Notes: a model not told the origin generated them from the sequence alone. DNA of 64,000 bases from Betaproteobacteria bacterium (GCA_025361165.1 JANYAU010000115.1:836-64835); one strand, 5' to 3'; shown: positions 1-14,999, numbered from the stretch's first letter. Made by a program: numbers and translations.

Positions 1-304
1 AAAGCGAAACAAATCTCAGCAACAAAAAAATTAGCTTCCCAATTTCGTTGCGAATTGATTCACTATTAAGATCATCTTTTGTTAGAAGGCGCTTATTAAC
101 AAGGAACCCATATCGAAATACGCCTGCCATTCCCAAAACAAACGCTCCAATAGCAAACAACCCCCAAAAGAGATTCCACATCGGCTGGAACAATTCAGAA
201 AAAGAGCCTTTCAAGCCATCACTTATAAAAAATAGCGACGAGCCTGCAACAATGGTGAAAGAGACCACATGAGAGAGAAGAGTTTTGGCCTGCCCCGATA
301 GCAT
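1..304 (-). CDS. AT-rich multi-pass membrane protein, immunity-protein-like; runs off the window edge
   Basis: Not in the ORF track. Manual translation from ATG 304 (AAGGTG SD upstream) gives MLSGQAKTLLSHVVSFTIVAGSSLFFISDGLKGSFSELFQPMWNLFWGLFAIGAFVLGMAGVFRYG..., open to base 1, with hydrophobic segments. Confidence 0.6.
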   Translation of the reverse strand, partial: MLSGQAKTLLSHVVSFTIVAGSSLFFISDGLKGSFSELFQPMWNLFWGLFAIGAFVLGMAGVFRYGFLVNKRLLTKDDLNSESIRNEIGKLIFLLLRFVSL

Positions 305-317
305 AAGAATCACCTTT

Positions 318-530
318 TTATGGACATGTGCAAGGTTGTTTTGATCCTAAATATGCTCCAGCAACGAATCCGAGACCCGCAGCTACTGGATTGGCAAATT
401 TTCCAGTCACAGCAGCTACAGCAACGCCCGCGTATGCTTTCGCGGCGCCTCCACCGGAAGAAATGGGGTTAGACTCGATTTTTCACCCCGCACCACCATT
501 CGCGGCGCTGTTTATTGGTTTTGTCTTCAT
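318..530 (-). pseudogene. Short Gly/Ala-rich peptide split by an in-frame TGA (orphan toxin tip or microcin-like remnant)
   Basis: Manual translation: MKTKPINSAANGGAG*KIESNPISSGGGAAKAYAGVAVAAVTGKFANPVAAGLGFVAGAYLGSKQPCTCP*. AGGGAGAG SD precedes ATG 530. The TGA (483-485) lies inside the 465-489 junction motif. Confidence 0.4.
465..489. repeat. GGGGTCA-like junction motif / mini-hairpin (GGGGTTAGACTCGATTTTTCACCCC)
   Basis: GGGGT...ACCCC stem; related to motifs at 24514, 24652 and 25270. Confidence 0.45.
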
Positions 531-722
531 GATCTCTCCCTGTGCTTGCATAGTGCTCTTAGCTTTTTCTCTTTCCATCCATTGTGACGAAAAACCGATG
601 GGCCATTTTTTGGCTTCCGATGGTCTCATCATTTCGCAGCCTAAGCGGCTTTGCGCACGGTGAGCTTTATGCGCATGCCAGCCTTGGCCAGCATGTTCGC
701 CAGCGCAAAACAAAAGGGGGCA

Positions 723-946
723 CTTGTATCTCAACAACGCCAACAAATTTGATTTGCGGCGAGTCACCTTTCCAAAAAAGAAATCAAAGCGGAACAATGA
801 AGCGCGTAACGGCGCAGACAGAACCTGCATAATCTCTCCCTTGGATTTGGCGTGCTGCGCGGCCGGATTTCTTAGCGAATCATTTAGCAGCGCGCACGAT
901 GACATTATTCTTGTCCAATGACAAAAGGATTGTCAAGGGCATGATT
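723..946 (-). repeat. Promoter + RBS + N-terminal leader segment, copy 1
   Basis: Aligns by eye with 25287-25515 (shared AAATTTGATTTG, AAAAGAAATCAAAGC, GGATTTGGCGTG, GCGCACGATGAC, GGATTGTCAA). Encodes MQVLSAPLRASLFRFDFFFGKVTRRKSNLLALLRYK from ATG 830. Confidence 0.75.
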
Positions 947-1040
947 CAGCGGCAGCGAAATCGCTCGCTCCCGGTTGTTTGAAAAAGAGGGGGGGGGTTA
1001 ACCATGCCGTCCAGTACAAGACGGGTGCACAGATGTCCCT

Positions 1041-2003
1041 CTAAACAATACCCGGGGTATTCATAATATTATTATGGGGTAACAATGCCGCTTGCTGATC
1101 TGCGTGGTATGAAGAACGTACCATCGGTCCGCATGCGGCATTAAGAAAACCTATTTCTTTTGCCGCCGCTTCCAGCACCTTAAATTCATCCGGCGTGACA
1201 AAACGCTTCACCGGCAAATGATGCTGGCTCGGTTGCAGGTATTGACCGACAGTGAGCATTTCCACAGCGTGCGCGCGCAAGTCGCGCATCACGCCGAGGA
1301 TTTCTTCGTCGGTTTCACCCAAGCCCACCATCAAGCCGGACTTGGTTGGCACTCCCGGATGCTTGGCTTTAAACGCTTTTAATAACTGCAAGGAATTGCT
1401 GTAGTCGGCACCCGGGCGCGCGGCTTTGTACAAGCGCGGCACGGTTTCGAGATTGTGATTCATCACGTCCGGCGGCGCCATGCTGAGGATCTCCAGCGCC
1501 ACATCCAAGCGCCCGCGAAAATCCGGCACTAAAATTTCGATGCGCGTCGCGGGCGAGTGGGCGCGCACAGCACGTATGCAATCGACAAAATGTTGCGCGC
1601 CGCCATCGCGCAGATCGTCGCGATCGACGCTGGTGATCACGACATATTTCAACTGCATCGCGGCGATGGTGATGGCTAGGTTTTCCGGTTCGCTCACGTC
1701 CGGCGCGTGCGGCTTGCCGTGGGCCACGTCGCAGAACGGGCAGCGCCGCGTGCACACATCGCCCAAAATCATGAAGGTCGCAGTGCCGTGGGAGAAACAT
1801 TCGCCGATATTGGGGCAAGAGGCTTCCTCGCACACCGTGTGCAATTGATGTTCGCGCAGAATTTTTTTGATCTCGAAAAAGCGCGGGCTATTCGGCGATT
1901 TCGCGCGGATCCAACTCGGCTTGCGCGCCGGCGCTTCAGGCACGATCTTGATCGGGATGCGGGCGGTTTTCAGTTGACCTTTTTGGCGCGACTCGGTGCT
2001 CAT
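1041..2003 (-). CDS. lipA: Lipoyl synthase
   Basis: [12 protein letters not shown] auxiliary-cluster motif, CTRRCPFC radical-SAM motif, C-terminal RSSY. Confidence 0.97.
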   Translation of the reverse strand: MSTESRQKGQLKTARIPIKIVPEAPARKPSWIRAKSPNSPRFFEIKKILREHQLHTVCEEASCPNIGECFSHGTATFMILGDVCTRRCPFCDVAHGKPHAPDVSEPENLAITIAAMQLKYVVITSVDRDDLRDGGAQHFVDCIRAVRAHSPATRIEILVPDFRGRLDVALEILSMAPPDVMNHNLETVPRLYKAARPGADYSNSLQLLKAFKAKHPGVPTKSGLMVGLGETDEEILGVMRDLRAHAVEMLTVGQYLQPSQHHLPVKRFVTPDEFKVLEAAAKEIGFLNAACGPMVRSSYHADQQAALLPHNNIMNTPGIV

Positions 2004-2132
2004 AGTGTGCTTTCATTCACATTAACCAACCTTATTTCACGATAAGGGTAGTTAATTAGTTCATTCGTTGCCGTAAGGCGCGCTTACCGGTTAAAATTGC
2101 AGACTTTTCACCGGAATTTTAGGGCTTTAGCA

Positions 2133-7992
<5,860 letters not shown>

Positions 7993-8001
7993 TTTTTTTT
8001 C

Positions 8002-8071
8002 ACCACGGAGTACACGGAGGTCACGGAGAAGTTTTTTCTCAAGCCTCCGTGTACTCCGTGTACCCCGTGGT
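8002..8071. repeat. Palindromic element of 3 x 9-mer (nnCACGGAG) arms
   Basis: ACCACGGAG TACACGGAG GTCACGGAG ... CTCCGTGTA CTCCGTGTA CCCCGTGGT. Confidence 0.85.
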
Positions 8072-8077
8072 TCATAA

Positions 8078-9136
8078 ATGAAACTTAAAAACGATACCTT
8101 TCTCCGCGCCTTGCTCAAGCAGCCGGTGCCCTACACGCCGATCTGGATCATGCGCCAAGCCGGGCGCTATCTGCCGGAGTACAACCAAACCCGCGCCCGC
8201 GCCGGCAACTTTCTCAATCTGTGCAAGAACCCGGATTACGCCACGGAAGTGACGCTGCAACCGATCGCGCGTTTTGGTTTAGATGCGGCAATTTTGTTCT
8301 CCGACATTCTCACTATTCCCGATGCGATGGGCTTAGGGCTGTATTTCGCCGACGGCGAAGGCCCCAAATTCGAGCGCCCCTTGCGCGAAGAATGGGCGAT
8401 CCGCGATTTAACCGCGCCCGATCCGGAAGAGCACCTGGGTTATGTGTTGGATGCGGTGCGCCAAATCCGCAAGGCGTTGGACAACACTGTGCCGCTGATC
8501 GGCTTCTCCGGCAGCCCATTCACGCTGGCCTGCTACATGATCGAAGGCGGCGGCTCAGATGATTTTCGCACCACCAAAACCATGCTCTACCAGCGCCCGG
8601 AACTGCTGCACCACATTCTGCAAGTGAATGCGAAAGCCGTTACCGATTACCTCAACGCGCAAATTTTAGCCGGCGCGCAAGCCGTTCAGATATTCGATAC
8701 CTGGGGCGGCATGCTATCCAGCCGTGCCTACGAAGAATTCTCGCTCGCCTATTTGCGCCAAGTGGTGCAAGGTTTGATCCGTGAACACGATGGCGCGCGC
8801 ATCCCCTCTATCGTATTCACCAAAGGCGGTGGCGTGTGGCTGGAAAAAATTGCCGCCATCGGTTGCGATGCAGTGGGCTTGGATTGGATGTGCAGCATCG
8901 GCCAAGCGCGCGGTCGCGTCGGTGGCCATGTCGCTTTGCAGGGCAATATGGATCCGATGGTGCTGTTTTCCGATCCGCAAACTATCCGCGGCGAAGTGGG
9001 TAAAATTCTCGACAGCTACGGCCAAGGTTCCGGCCATGTTTTTAATCTTGGCCATGGCATTTCGCAATTCACGCCGCCAGAAAATGTCGGCGTGCTGGTG
9101 GATGCGGTGCATGAGTTGTCACGCGGGTTTCACTAA
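8078..9136 (+). CDS. hemE: Uroporphyrinogen decarboxylase
   Basis: [29 protein letters not shown]. Confidence 0.97.
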   Translation: MKLKNDTFLRALLKQPVPYTPIWIMRQAGRYLPEYNQTRARAGNFLNLCKNPDYATEVTLQPIARFGLDAAILFSDILTIPDAMGLGLYFADGEGPKFERPLREEWAIRDLTAPDPEEHLGYVLDAVRQIRKALDNTVPLIGFSGSPFTLACYMIEGGGSDDFRTTKTMLYQRPELLHHILQVNAKAVTDYLNAQILAGAQAVQIFDTWGGMLSSRAYEEFSLAYLRQVVQGLIREHDGARIPSIVFTKGGGVWLEKIAAIGCDAVGLDWMCSIGQARGRVGGHVALQGNMDPMVLFSDPQTIRGEVGKILDSYGQGSGHVFNLGHGISQFTPPENVGVLVDAVHELSRGFH

Positions 9137-9143
9137 GCGGACG

Positions 9144-9596
9144 TTATTGCATCGTGGTCGTCGCGATGAATAGTAGTTCATTCGAGCGACGCACGAATTC
9201 ATCTGCCTTTTGATCGTCGATTAGCAGCTTGATGAGCTTTTTGCACTGTTCTGCGGTGTGCGCCAAATCCTGGGGATTGTCATTTGTTTCCTGAATTTTC
9301 TTTACCACCCGCGCACCTTGCTTGCCGAGCAAATTTTGTGCGAGCAATATCATTTTCCCTTTTGGATCTTGCAACTGCACGCCTGCGCGTTGTACCTCTT
9401 CCGTAGTGCGGATGTAGCCGCCGCGCGCCAGCTCTTCCAGCGTCGCGGGAATGTTTGGCAGCCTGGCGCCTTTATCTAAAATGCGGCTTACCGGGGACTT
9501 ACCGTCTACGAGAATCAGCACAAAACGCAGCCCATGCACGAGGCCGTGGGCGCGCTTGGAAAAAGCGCGCGGTTGACTTTTCACTTTAATAATCAA
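9144..9596 (-). CDS. Hypothetical protein (winged-helix-like N-terminus; start uncertain)
   Basis: LRFVLILVDGK...LEELARGGYI pattern typical of small betaproteobacterial hypotheticals; only a TTG/GTG start is available. Confidence 0.55.
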   Translation of the reverse strand: MIIKVKSQPRAFSKRAHGLVHGLRFVLILVDGKSPVSRILDKGARLPNIPATLEELARGGYIRTTEEVQRAGVQLQDPKGKMILLAQNLLGKQGARVVKKIQETNDNPQDLAHTAEQCKKLIKLLIDDQKADEFVRRSNELLFIATTTMQ

Positions 9597-9799
9597 TAGT
9601 ATGTCGCCATATTGTTGCTTGCAAGGGCTTGGTGATTAAGATGCAGCGAAAAGTATGCTAGTTTTAACGGGCTGCTGAAATTGGTATTTTTATACCTAGT
9701 TTGAGAGTTTTGAGAACGCGGGTTTTGAATTTTTGATGCCCCGCAATCCAGAGCGGGCTAGGTTTTCGCAATCATCCTCAGCGAATTGCGCTTTATCGG

Positions 9800-10005
9800 G
9801 CCTTGCCAAGCCCACTTATGCACAAAATTGATTTGCTGTATAGATACATAATAAAATCAAATGGATCGCTTCTATTAATTTTTATCTATATGATTAATAA
9901 TAACTATATTAAATTTCCCGCGCACTATTGAGCGCTCATATCTTGACATTTAAAATGATTTGCGCCTTCCCTAAAAACAATATGCACAAAGTTACCCACA
10001 GCACT
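9800..10005. other. Candidate chromosomal replication origin (DnaA boxes flanking an AT-rich tract)
   Basis: TTATGCACA 9816-9824, ATATGCACA 9980-9988, TTACCCACA 9992-10000; very AT-rich stretch ~9840-9960 in a GC-rich genome. Confidence 0.5.
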
Positions 10006-10054
10006 GGAACTGCATGAAAATCGGCCGTTTTAGCCGCCCCGGCCTGATGCCCCT

Positions 10055-12250
10055 GTGAAAATCGCCCAAATCGCCATTGATGTTCCGCTCAACACCTATT
10101 TTGACTATATCGCGGACGATGTAAGCGTAGAAGATATCGGCCGGCGCGCGCTGCTGCCTTTCGGCCGACGGCTTGTGGTCGGTGTGATCGTAGGGGTGGC
10201 GAGCGAAGTTGCAGACCCGAAATTTAAGCTGAAGTCGGTGCGGGAAATTTTGCGCGACGCGCCGCCTCTGCCGCCGCACATTCTCGATCTCGCGCGTTTT
10301 TGTAGTACCTACTATCACCACCCCTTGGGCCAAGTGCTTGCGGCTCTCCTGCCGCAGCGCTTACGCCGCACGCAAGCCTTGAGTCCGATAACGGAGGCTT
10401 GCTACAACGTGACGGAAGCAGGACTCGCTATTGTGGTCGGCGACTTGCCGCAGCGCGCGGCGGTAAAACGCAAACTGCTGGCGGCATTGCAAACAAAGCG
10501 CACGCTTGCGCGCCGCGAGCTGTTGCAGATTTCAGGCAGCGCGGGCAGTGTGATACGTGAATTTATCGCTGGCGGCTGGGTACGCGAATCAGCCATGCCG
10601 CTCACCGTCACGCGCAACGCCGCTGCACTCCCGGCGCAAGCAGCAGCGCATGCGCTCAATGCTGATCAACAAACCGCGGTAGAGGCGATTCTTGGCACGC
10701 CGCCCGGATTCGCGCCTTGGCTGCTGCATGGCGTCACCGGCAGCGGCAAGACCGAGGTTTATTTGCGTGCTATCGCCGCGGTGCTGGCACGTGGCGGACA
10801 AACGCTGGTACTGGTACCGGAGATAAATCTCACGCCACAATTGGAAGCGCGCTTTCAAGCGCGTTTTCCGCAAGCGACGATAGTCAGTTTGCACAGCAAC
10901 CTGAGTGAAGGGGAGCGGCTCAAGCATTGGTTGATGGCCCAAGCCGGGAACGCACACATCGTACTCGGCACGCGCTTAGCGGTGTTCACGCCGCTGCCGC
11001 TGCTGCAACTCATCGTGGTCGATGAAGAACACGACAGCTCATTCAAGCAACAAGACGGCATGCGTTACTCGGCGCGTGATGTGGCTGTGTTTCGTGCCCG
11101 GGAAGCGCGTATTCCGGTTATTCTCGGCTCGGCCACGCCGGCACTGGAGACTTACCACAATGCGCTGCACGGGCGCTACAAACTGCTTGAGTTGAAAGCG
11201 CGTGCAGTACGCGACGCAGCGCCGCCCACGGTGCGCTACATCGATCTCAAACGCGAGAAGCTGATGGAAGGGTTCAGCGCACCACTCATCACCGCCATCA
11301 AGCAACGTGTGAAGCGTGGCGAACAAAGCCTGCTGTTCATCAACCGCCGTGGCTTTGCGCCGGTGCTCCTATGCGACGAATGCGGCTGGCTCTCGGGCTG
11401 CCCCCGTTGCACTAGTCGCCTAGTGGTGCATTTGAAAGAACAGCGCTTGCGCTGCCATCACTGCGGGCACGAAGAGCGCATGCCGCATCATTGCCCCAGT
11501 TGCGGCAATGTCGATCTCGCTCCGGTGGGGCAGGGTACCCAGCGCCTGGAAGCAGCGTTGACGCGGCTCTTCCCCGAGGCGCGCATTTTGCGCGTGGATC
11601 GCGATAGCACACGGCGCAAAAACGCGCTGGCGGAAATGCTGGAGAAGGTGCATGCCGAGGAAATCGATATTCTGGTTGGCACGCAAATGCTGGCCAAGGG
11701 ACACGACTTTCCTAAGCTGACTTTGGTTGGCGTGCTGAATGCCGATGGCGGGCTGTATAGCGCGGACTTTCGCGCTACCGAACATTTGTTCGCGCAATTA
11801 TTGCAAGTGGCCGGGCGCGCCGGGCGCGCCGCACTCAACGGCGAAGTGCTGGTGCAAACCGCGTTTCCGCAACATCCTTTATTCGCCGCTTTGCAGCACG
11901 GTGATTATGCGCAGTTCGCCCAAACCGCCCTAGCCGAACGCGAGCAAGCGGGGCTGCCGCCATTCACGTTTCAAGCGATGCTGCGCGCGGAAGCGGCAAC
12001 GCTGGACAGCGCAATGAAATTTCTGCGCGCCGCAGTAACACTCGCGCCCGCCGCCACACAAGTCCAAGTGTATGACCCGGTGCCGGCACTGATGGCGCGG
12101 CTGGCGGGGAAAGAGCGCGCGCAATTGCTGATCGAATCGCGCTCGCGCGGCGCCCTACAGCAGTTCTTGAGCGCTTGGATAATCGCCTTGCAAGCCCACA
12201 AGACGCGCAATGTGCGTTGGGCGCTGGATGTGGATCCGATTGATACGTGA
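10055..12250 (+). CDS. priA: Primosomal protein N' (replication-restart helicase)
   Basis: GVTGSGKT Walker A, DEEH, four CxxC Zn pairs, C-terminal DVDP. Confidence 0.97.
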   Translation: MKIAQIAIDVPLNTYFDYIADDVSVEDIGRRALLPFGRRLVVGVIVGVASEVADPKFKLKSVREILRDAPPLPPHILDLARFCSTYYHHPLGQVLAALLPQRLRRTQALSPITEACYNVTEAGLAIVVGDLPQRAAVKRKLLAALQTKRTLARRELLQISGSAGSVIREFIAGGWVRESAMPLTVTRNAAALPAQAAAHALNADQQTAVEAILGTPPGFAPWLLHGVTGSGKTEVYLRAIAAVLARGGQTLVLVPEINLTPQLEARFQARFPQATIVSLHSNLSEGERLKHWLMAQAGNAHIVLGTRLAVFTPLPLLQLIVVDEEHDSSFKQQDGMRYSARDVAVFRAREARIPVILGSATPALETYHNALHGRYKLLELKARAVRDAAPPTVRYIDLKREKLMEGFSAPLITAIKQRVKRGEQSLLFINRRGFAPVLLCDECGWLSGCPRCTSRLVVHLKEQRLRCHHCGHEERMPHHCPSCGNVDLAPVGQGTQRLEAALTRLFPEARILRVDRDSTRRKNALAEMLEKVHAEEIDILVGTQMLAKGHDFPKLTLVGVLNADGGLYSADFRATEHLFAQLLQVAGRAGRAALNGEVLVQTAFPQHPLFAALQHGDYAQFAQTALAEREQAGLPPFTFQAMLRAEAATLDSAMKFLRAAVTLAPAATQVQVYDPVPALMARLAGKERAQLLIESRSRGALQQFLSAWIIALQAHKTRNVRWALDVDPIDT

Positions 12251-12264
12251 ATTTGAACTGGATT

Positions 12265-12292
12265 GGAATAAGGCGGCCTGCCGCTACGTCTT
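12265..12292 (+). promoter_or_regulatory. ECF-type promoter (GGAATA-N16-CGTCTT), likely autoregulatory
   Basis: GGAATA AGGCGGCCTGCCGCTA CGTCTT directly upstream of the ECF sigma gene; same motif and spacing at 15000-15027. Confidence 0.75.
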
Positions 12293-12336
12293 AAGCTAAA
12301 GCATGTTGTTTAAGGGACCCTATTTTTTCTACCTTC

Positions 12337-12873
12337 TTGCATGTCCGAGAATTAAAAGCGCGCATGGCGCAGAGCCGAAGCCGGCTCTACCGCGTGGCTT
12401 ATTCCTGGTGCCACGATCCCTGCCTCGCCGACGATTTGGTGCAGGAGACGCTATTGAAAGGGCTCAAACACGCGCATCAAATTAAAGACGGCGGGGCGCT
12501 CGATAGCTGGCTGTTCAGTATCTTGGCGAATTGTCTGCGCGATCACTTCCGGCGCCAGCATCCCACAGCCGATGTTGAGGAAATCATGGAGCTTGCCGCG
12601 CCCGATGCCTCTCCCGAAGAACGCCACACAGAAAATGAGTTGGTGGGCCGGGTGCGGCGCGCGGTAGCCACGCTACCACTCGGCCAGCGCCAAGTGATCA
12701 CCTTGGTGGATTTGGAAGAGCAGTCCTATAGCCAAACCGCAACCGCGCTCGGCATCCCGGTGGGTACGGTGATGAGCCGCCTGTGTCGCGCGCGCCAGGC
12801 CTTGCGTGCGCGCTTGCATGAAACGCCGTCCTCCTTGCATGTGCTCACCCCCAAGATACGGAGCGTGGAATGA
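12337..12873 (+). CDS. ECF sigma-70 family factor
   Basis: ADDLVQET and WLFSILAN (region 2); SYSQTATALGIPVGTVMSRLCRAR (region 4). Start codon uncertain. Confidence 0.92.
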   Translation: MHVRELKARMAQSRSRLYRVAYSWCHDPCLADDLVQETLLKGLKHAHQIKDGGALDSWLFSILANCLRDHFRRQHPTADVEEIMELAAPDASPEERHTENELVGRVRRAVATLPLGQRQVITLVDLEEQSYSQTATALGIPVGTVMSRLCRARQALRARLHETPSSLHVLTPKIRSVE

Positions 12874-13514
12874 GCGACCCCAATCTTTCCGAAGAAGAAT
12901 TGAACGCGTTTGTGGACGATCAGTTGAATCCCGCCGATCGCAGCCGGGTGCTTGACGCGATCAATCGCGATGCGGCACTGCAACGGCGTGTCGCCGAATA
13001 TCAGCAAATCCAAAATCTGGTGCGGCACGCTTATCAGCGTCCGCCCGAACCGTTGCGCGCCACCGATGCCACACCCGCCAAAGCCAGGGTGATGCTGGCT
13101 GCCGGTTTGCTGCTGGGCCTGGGTCTCGGCGCGGGCTGGCTGCTGCATGGATTCAAGGACAGTAGCGTGACGCCTTCGGGCGTGGTGATTCAAGTGAGCG
13201 AGAACGATCCGGCCAAGTGGGAGATGGCGCTCATCAATGCGCGCAATGTGCGTAAGGCCTACGGCGACAAAAAAATGGGCATCGAAATCGTCGCCTATGG
13301 ACCGGGGCTCAACATGTTTCGCGCCGACTCACCGGCCGCCAGCGGCATGAACGAAGCTGCGCAGCAAGGGGTAAAACTGCTGGCCTGCGGTAACACCATG
13401 AGCCTGATGCACACCACGCAACAGGAGCTAAATCCCCGGGTTGGCGTGGTGCCGGCCGGCATTGTCGAGATCATGCAGAAACAAAAGGAGGGTTACGCCT
13501 ACGTGCGGCCTTAA
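12870..13514 (+). CDS. Membrane anti-sigma factor fused to a DsrE/DsrF-like domain
   Basis: N-terminal ELNAFVDDQL anti-sigma motif, one TM helix, then IEIVAYGPGL...ACGNTM...VPAGIVEI...EGYAYVRP (DsrE-like). ATGA overlap with the sigma gene. Confidence 0.8.
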   Translation: MSDPNLSEEELNAFVDDQLNPADRSRVLDAINRDAALQRRVAEYQQIQNLVRHAYQRPPEPLRATDATPAKARVMLAAGLLLGLGLGAGWLLHGFKDSSVTPSGVVIQVSENDPAKWEMALINARNVRKAYGDKKMGIEIVAYGPGLNMFRADSPAASGMNEAAQQGVKLLACGNTMSLMHTTQQELNPRVGVVPAGIVEIMQKQKEGYAYVRP

Positions 13515-14131
13515 TGTGGCGTGAGATAGCCGCGCCAGTTTTTCTCTATGCCGTCGAAGCACGCTTTATAGTCCGCGGATGCAGTCGTAGTGGGATCGAT
13601 ATCTGCACCATCCAGCGCGATGTGTATTTTGCGGCCTTGCAACATGCCGTCGCAGGCTTCGTAGCCAACCTCGCCGTAAATATCGTATTGACGAAAGCTG
13701 TGCAGATCGCCATGGTAGTGGTGCAAGTTAATGAAGGTGCGATCCGGATTTTGTGGCGCCCAAGGCATCGCGATGGAACCGTAGTCGCGCACAATTCTGC
13801 CCGCCGCATCGTAAATATTTACCTCGCTAATGTGAATCGCATCCGGTACCCGCGCATCGCGCCGCACGCGGCCGAGTGGCCGTCCGGTTTGGGCATCGAA
13901 ATAGCGCGTTTCATCGTAACGGTAGCGTCCGGCCGCCGACCCAATATAAGCGCCTTCGGTCTCTTCGGTACGGGTGGGCCGCTGGCTCACCACCTGTTGC
14001 AGCAGCGCGTACACGGCGCGATGGAATTCCGCACCGGATGGCGTCGCGGCGAAACTGGTGGCGGGCACACTAGCGAGGCACAGGGCCCAAGCTAAAGCGA
14101 TTTGCCGCCAGGTAATTTTTCGCGGATACAT
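13511..14131 (-). CDS. Exported hypothetical protein
   Basis: ATG 14131 with GGGGAG SD; signal peptide MYPRKITWRQIALAWALCLASVPATSFA; two Cys near the C-terminus. Confidence 0.75.
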   Translation of the reverse strand: MYPRKITWRQIALAWALCLASVPATSFAATPSGAEFHRAVYALLQQVVSQRPTRTEETEGAYIGSAAGRYRYDETRYFDAQTGRPLGRVRRDARVPDAIHISEVNIYDAAGRIVRDYGSIAMPWAPQNPDRTFINLHHYHGDLHSFRQYDIYGEVGYEACDGMLQGRKIHIALDGADIDPTTTASADYKACFDGIEKNWRGYLTPH

Positions 14132-14159
14132 TTTCTCCCCTTCATTTTGAATTAGCCCG

Positions 14160-14978
14160 CTAGGGCTGCGTATTTGCACTCTCGCGTAAAGTCGAGCGCT
14201 CAGTCCAATTATCTTCGGGCAAAAATTCGGCGTCATCAATCGTTTTCTGCGCTTCGGTTTTACGCCCCAGCGCCGCCAGAATCGCCGCCTTGAGCACGAG
14301 CGAACTGCGGTTCTCCGCGTCCAATTGCAAACCTGCATCCACCACCTCTAGCGCGGCCTGATACTGGTTGCTGATATAGAAGCAAATGCCGAGGTTGTGA
14401 TAGGCCTTTTGATAGCTGGGGTCGAGCTCGATGGCGGTAGCGAAGTGCGTCACTGCCAAGTCACATCGCTGGCGTTTGGCAAAGACTACGCCGAGATCGT
14501 CGTGCGCTTCGGCATTGTGGGCATCCAATGCCACTGCGCGCTTGAGGTCCTGTTCGGCGGCATCCAGATCGCCTTTCCAGATAAGGCGCACGCCGCGCTT
14601 GGTATAAGCTACCGAGCTGTCCTGATGGCGCTGGATATATACCCCGAGATCCGCGATGCTCGCGTCGAGAAACCCTAGACGCGCCAGCGCCATACCGCGC
14701 CCAAAATACGCCGCATCCTGTTGCGGGTCGATGCGCAGCGCGCTCGAAAAATCGTCGACCGCATGCTGTAAGTCGTTGAGCAAATAGTACGCTTCAGCGC
14801 GTTGCACATAGTGCGCCGCGCGCTGTGGTTCCTTGGCGATCAGTTGATCCTGCTGCCGGATGGCTGCTTCGGCCGCTTCCCGGGTTTTGAGTTCGGCTAT
14901 GGCGGCAGTGGGCGCCAGAAACAAAAGAGCCACAGCTAACAGTAGAGGCTTTTGCGCTAAATGTTTGAAAAATGACAT
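14160..14978 (-). CDS. Exported tetratricopeptide-repeat protein
   Basis: Signal peptide followed by multiple TPR motifs (AYFGRGMAL, AYTKRG, AHDDLG, AYHNLG). Confidence 0.88.
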   Translation of the reverse strand: MSFFKHLAQKPLLLAVALLFLAPTAAIAELKTREAAEAAIRQQDQLIAKEPQRAAHYVQRAEAYYLLNDLQHAVDDFSSALRIDPQQDAAYFGRGMALARLGFLDASIADLGVYIQRHQDSSVAYTKRGVRLIWKGDLDAAEQDLKRAVALDAHNAEAHDDLGVVFAKRQRCDLAVTHFATAIELDPSYQKAYHNLGICFYISNQYQAALEVVDAGLQLDAENRSSLVLKAAILAALGRKTEAQKTIDDAEFLPEDNWTERSTLRESANTQP

Positions 14979-14999
14979 GCTACTCCCCGGCTTTGATGT

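Noticed and set aside
483..485. In-frame TGA as selenocysteine
   Set aside because: No recognisable bacterial SECIS or redox-motif context; the codon lies inside a junction motif.
328..921. Track ORFs 328..663, 483..905, 584..832 and 724..921 as intact genes
   Set aside because: The plus-strand ORFs are antisense shadows. 483..905 is a chimera of the repeated leader and unrelated sequence.
989..997. G9 tract as a phase-variation switch
   Set aside because: Intergenic and outside the predicted promoter spacer; no supporting evidence.
14132..14338. N-terminal extension of the 13511..14338 ORF
   Set aside because: It overlaps the TPR gene; the SD and signal peptide point to ATG 14131.
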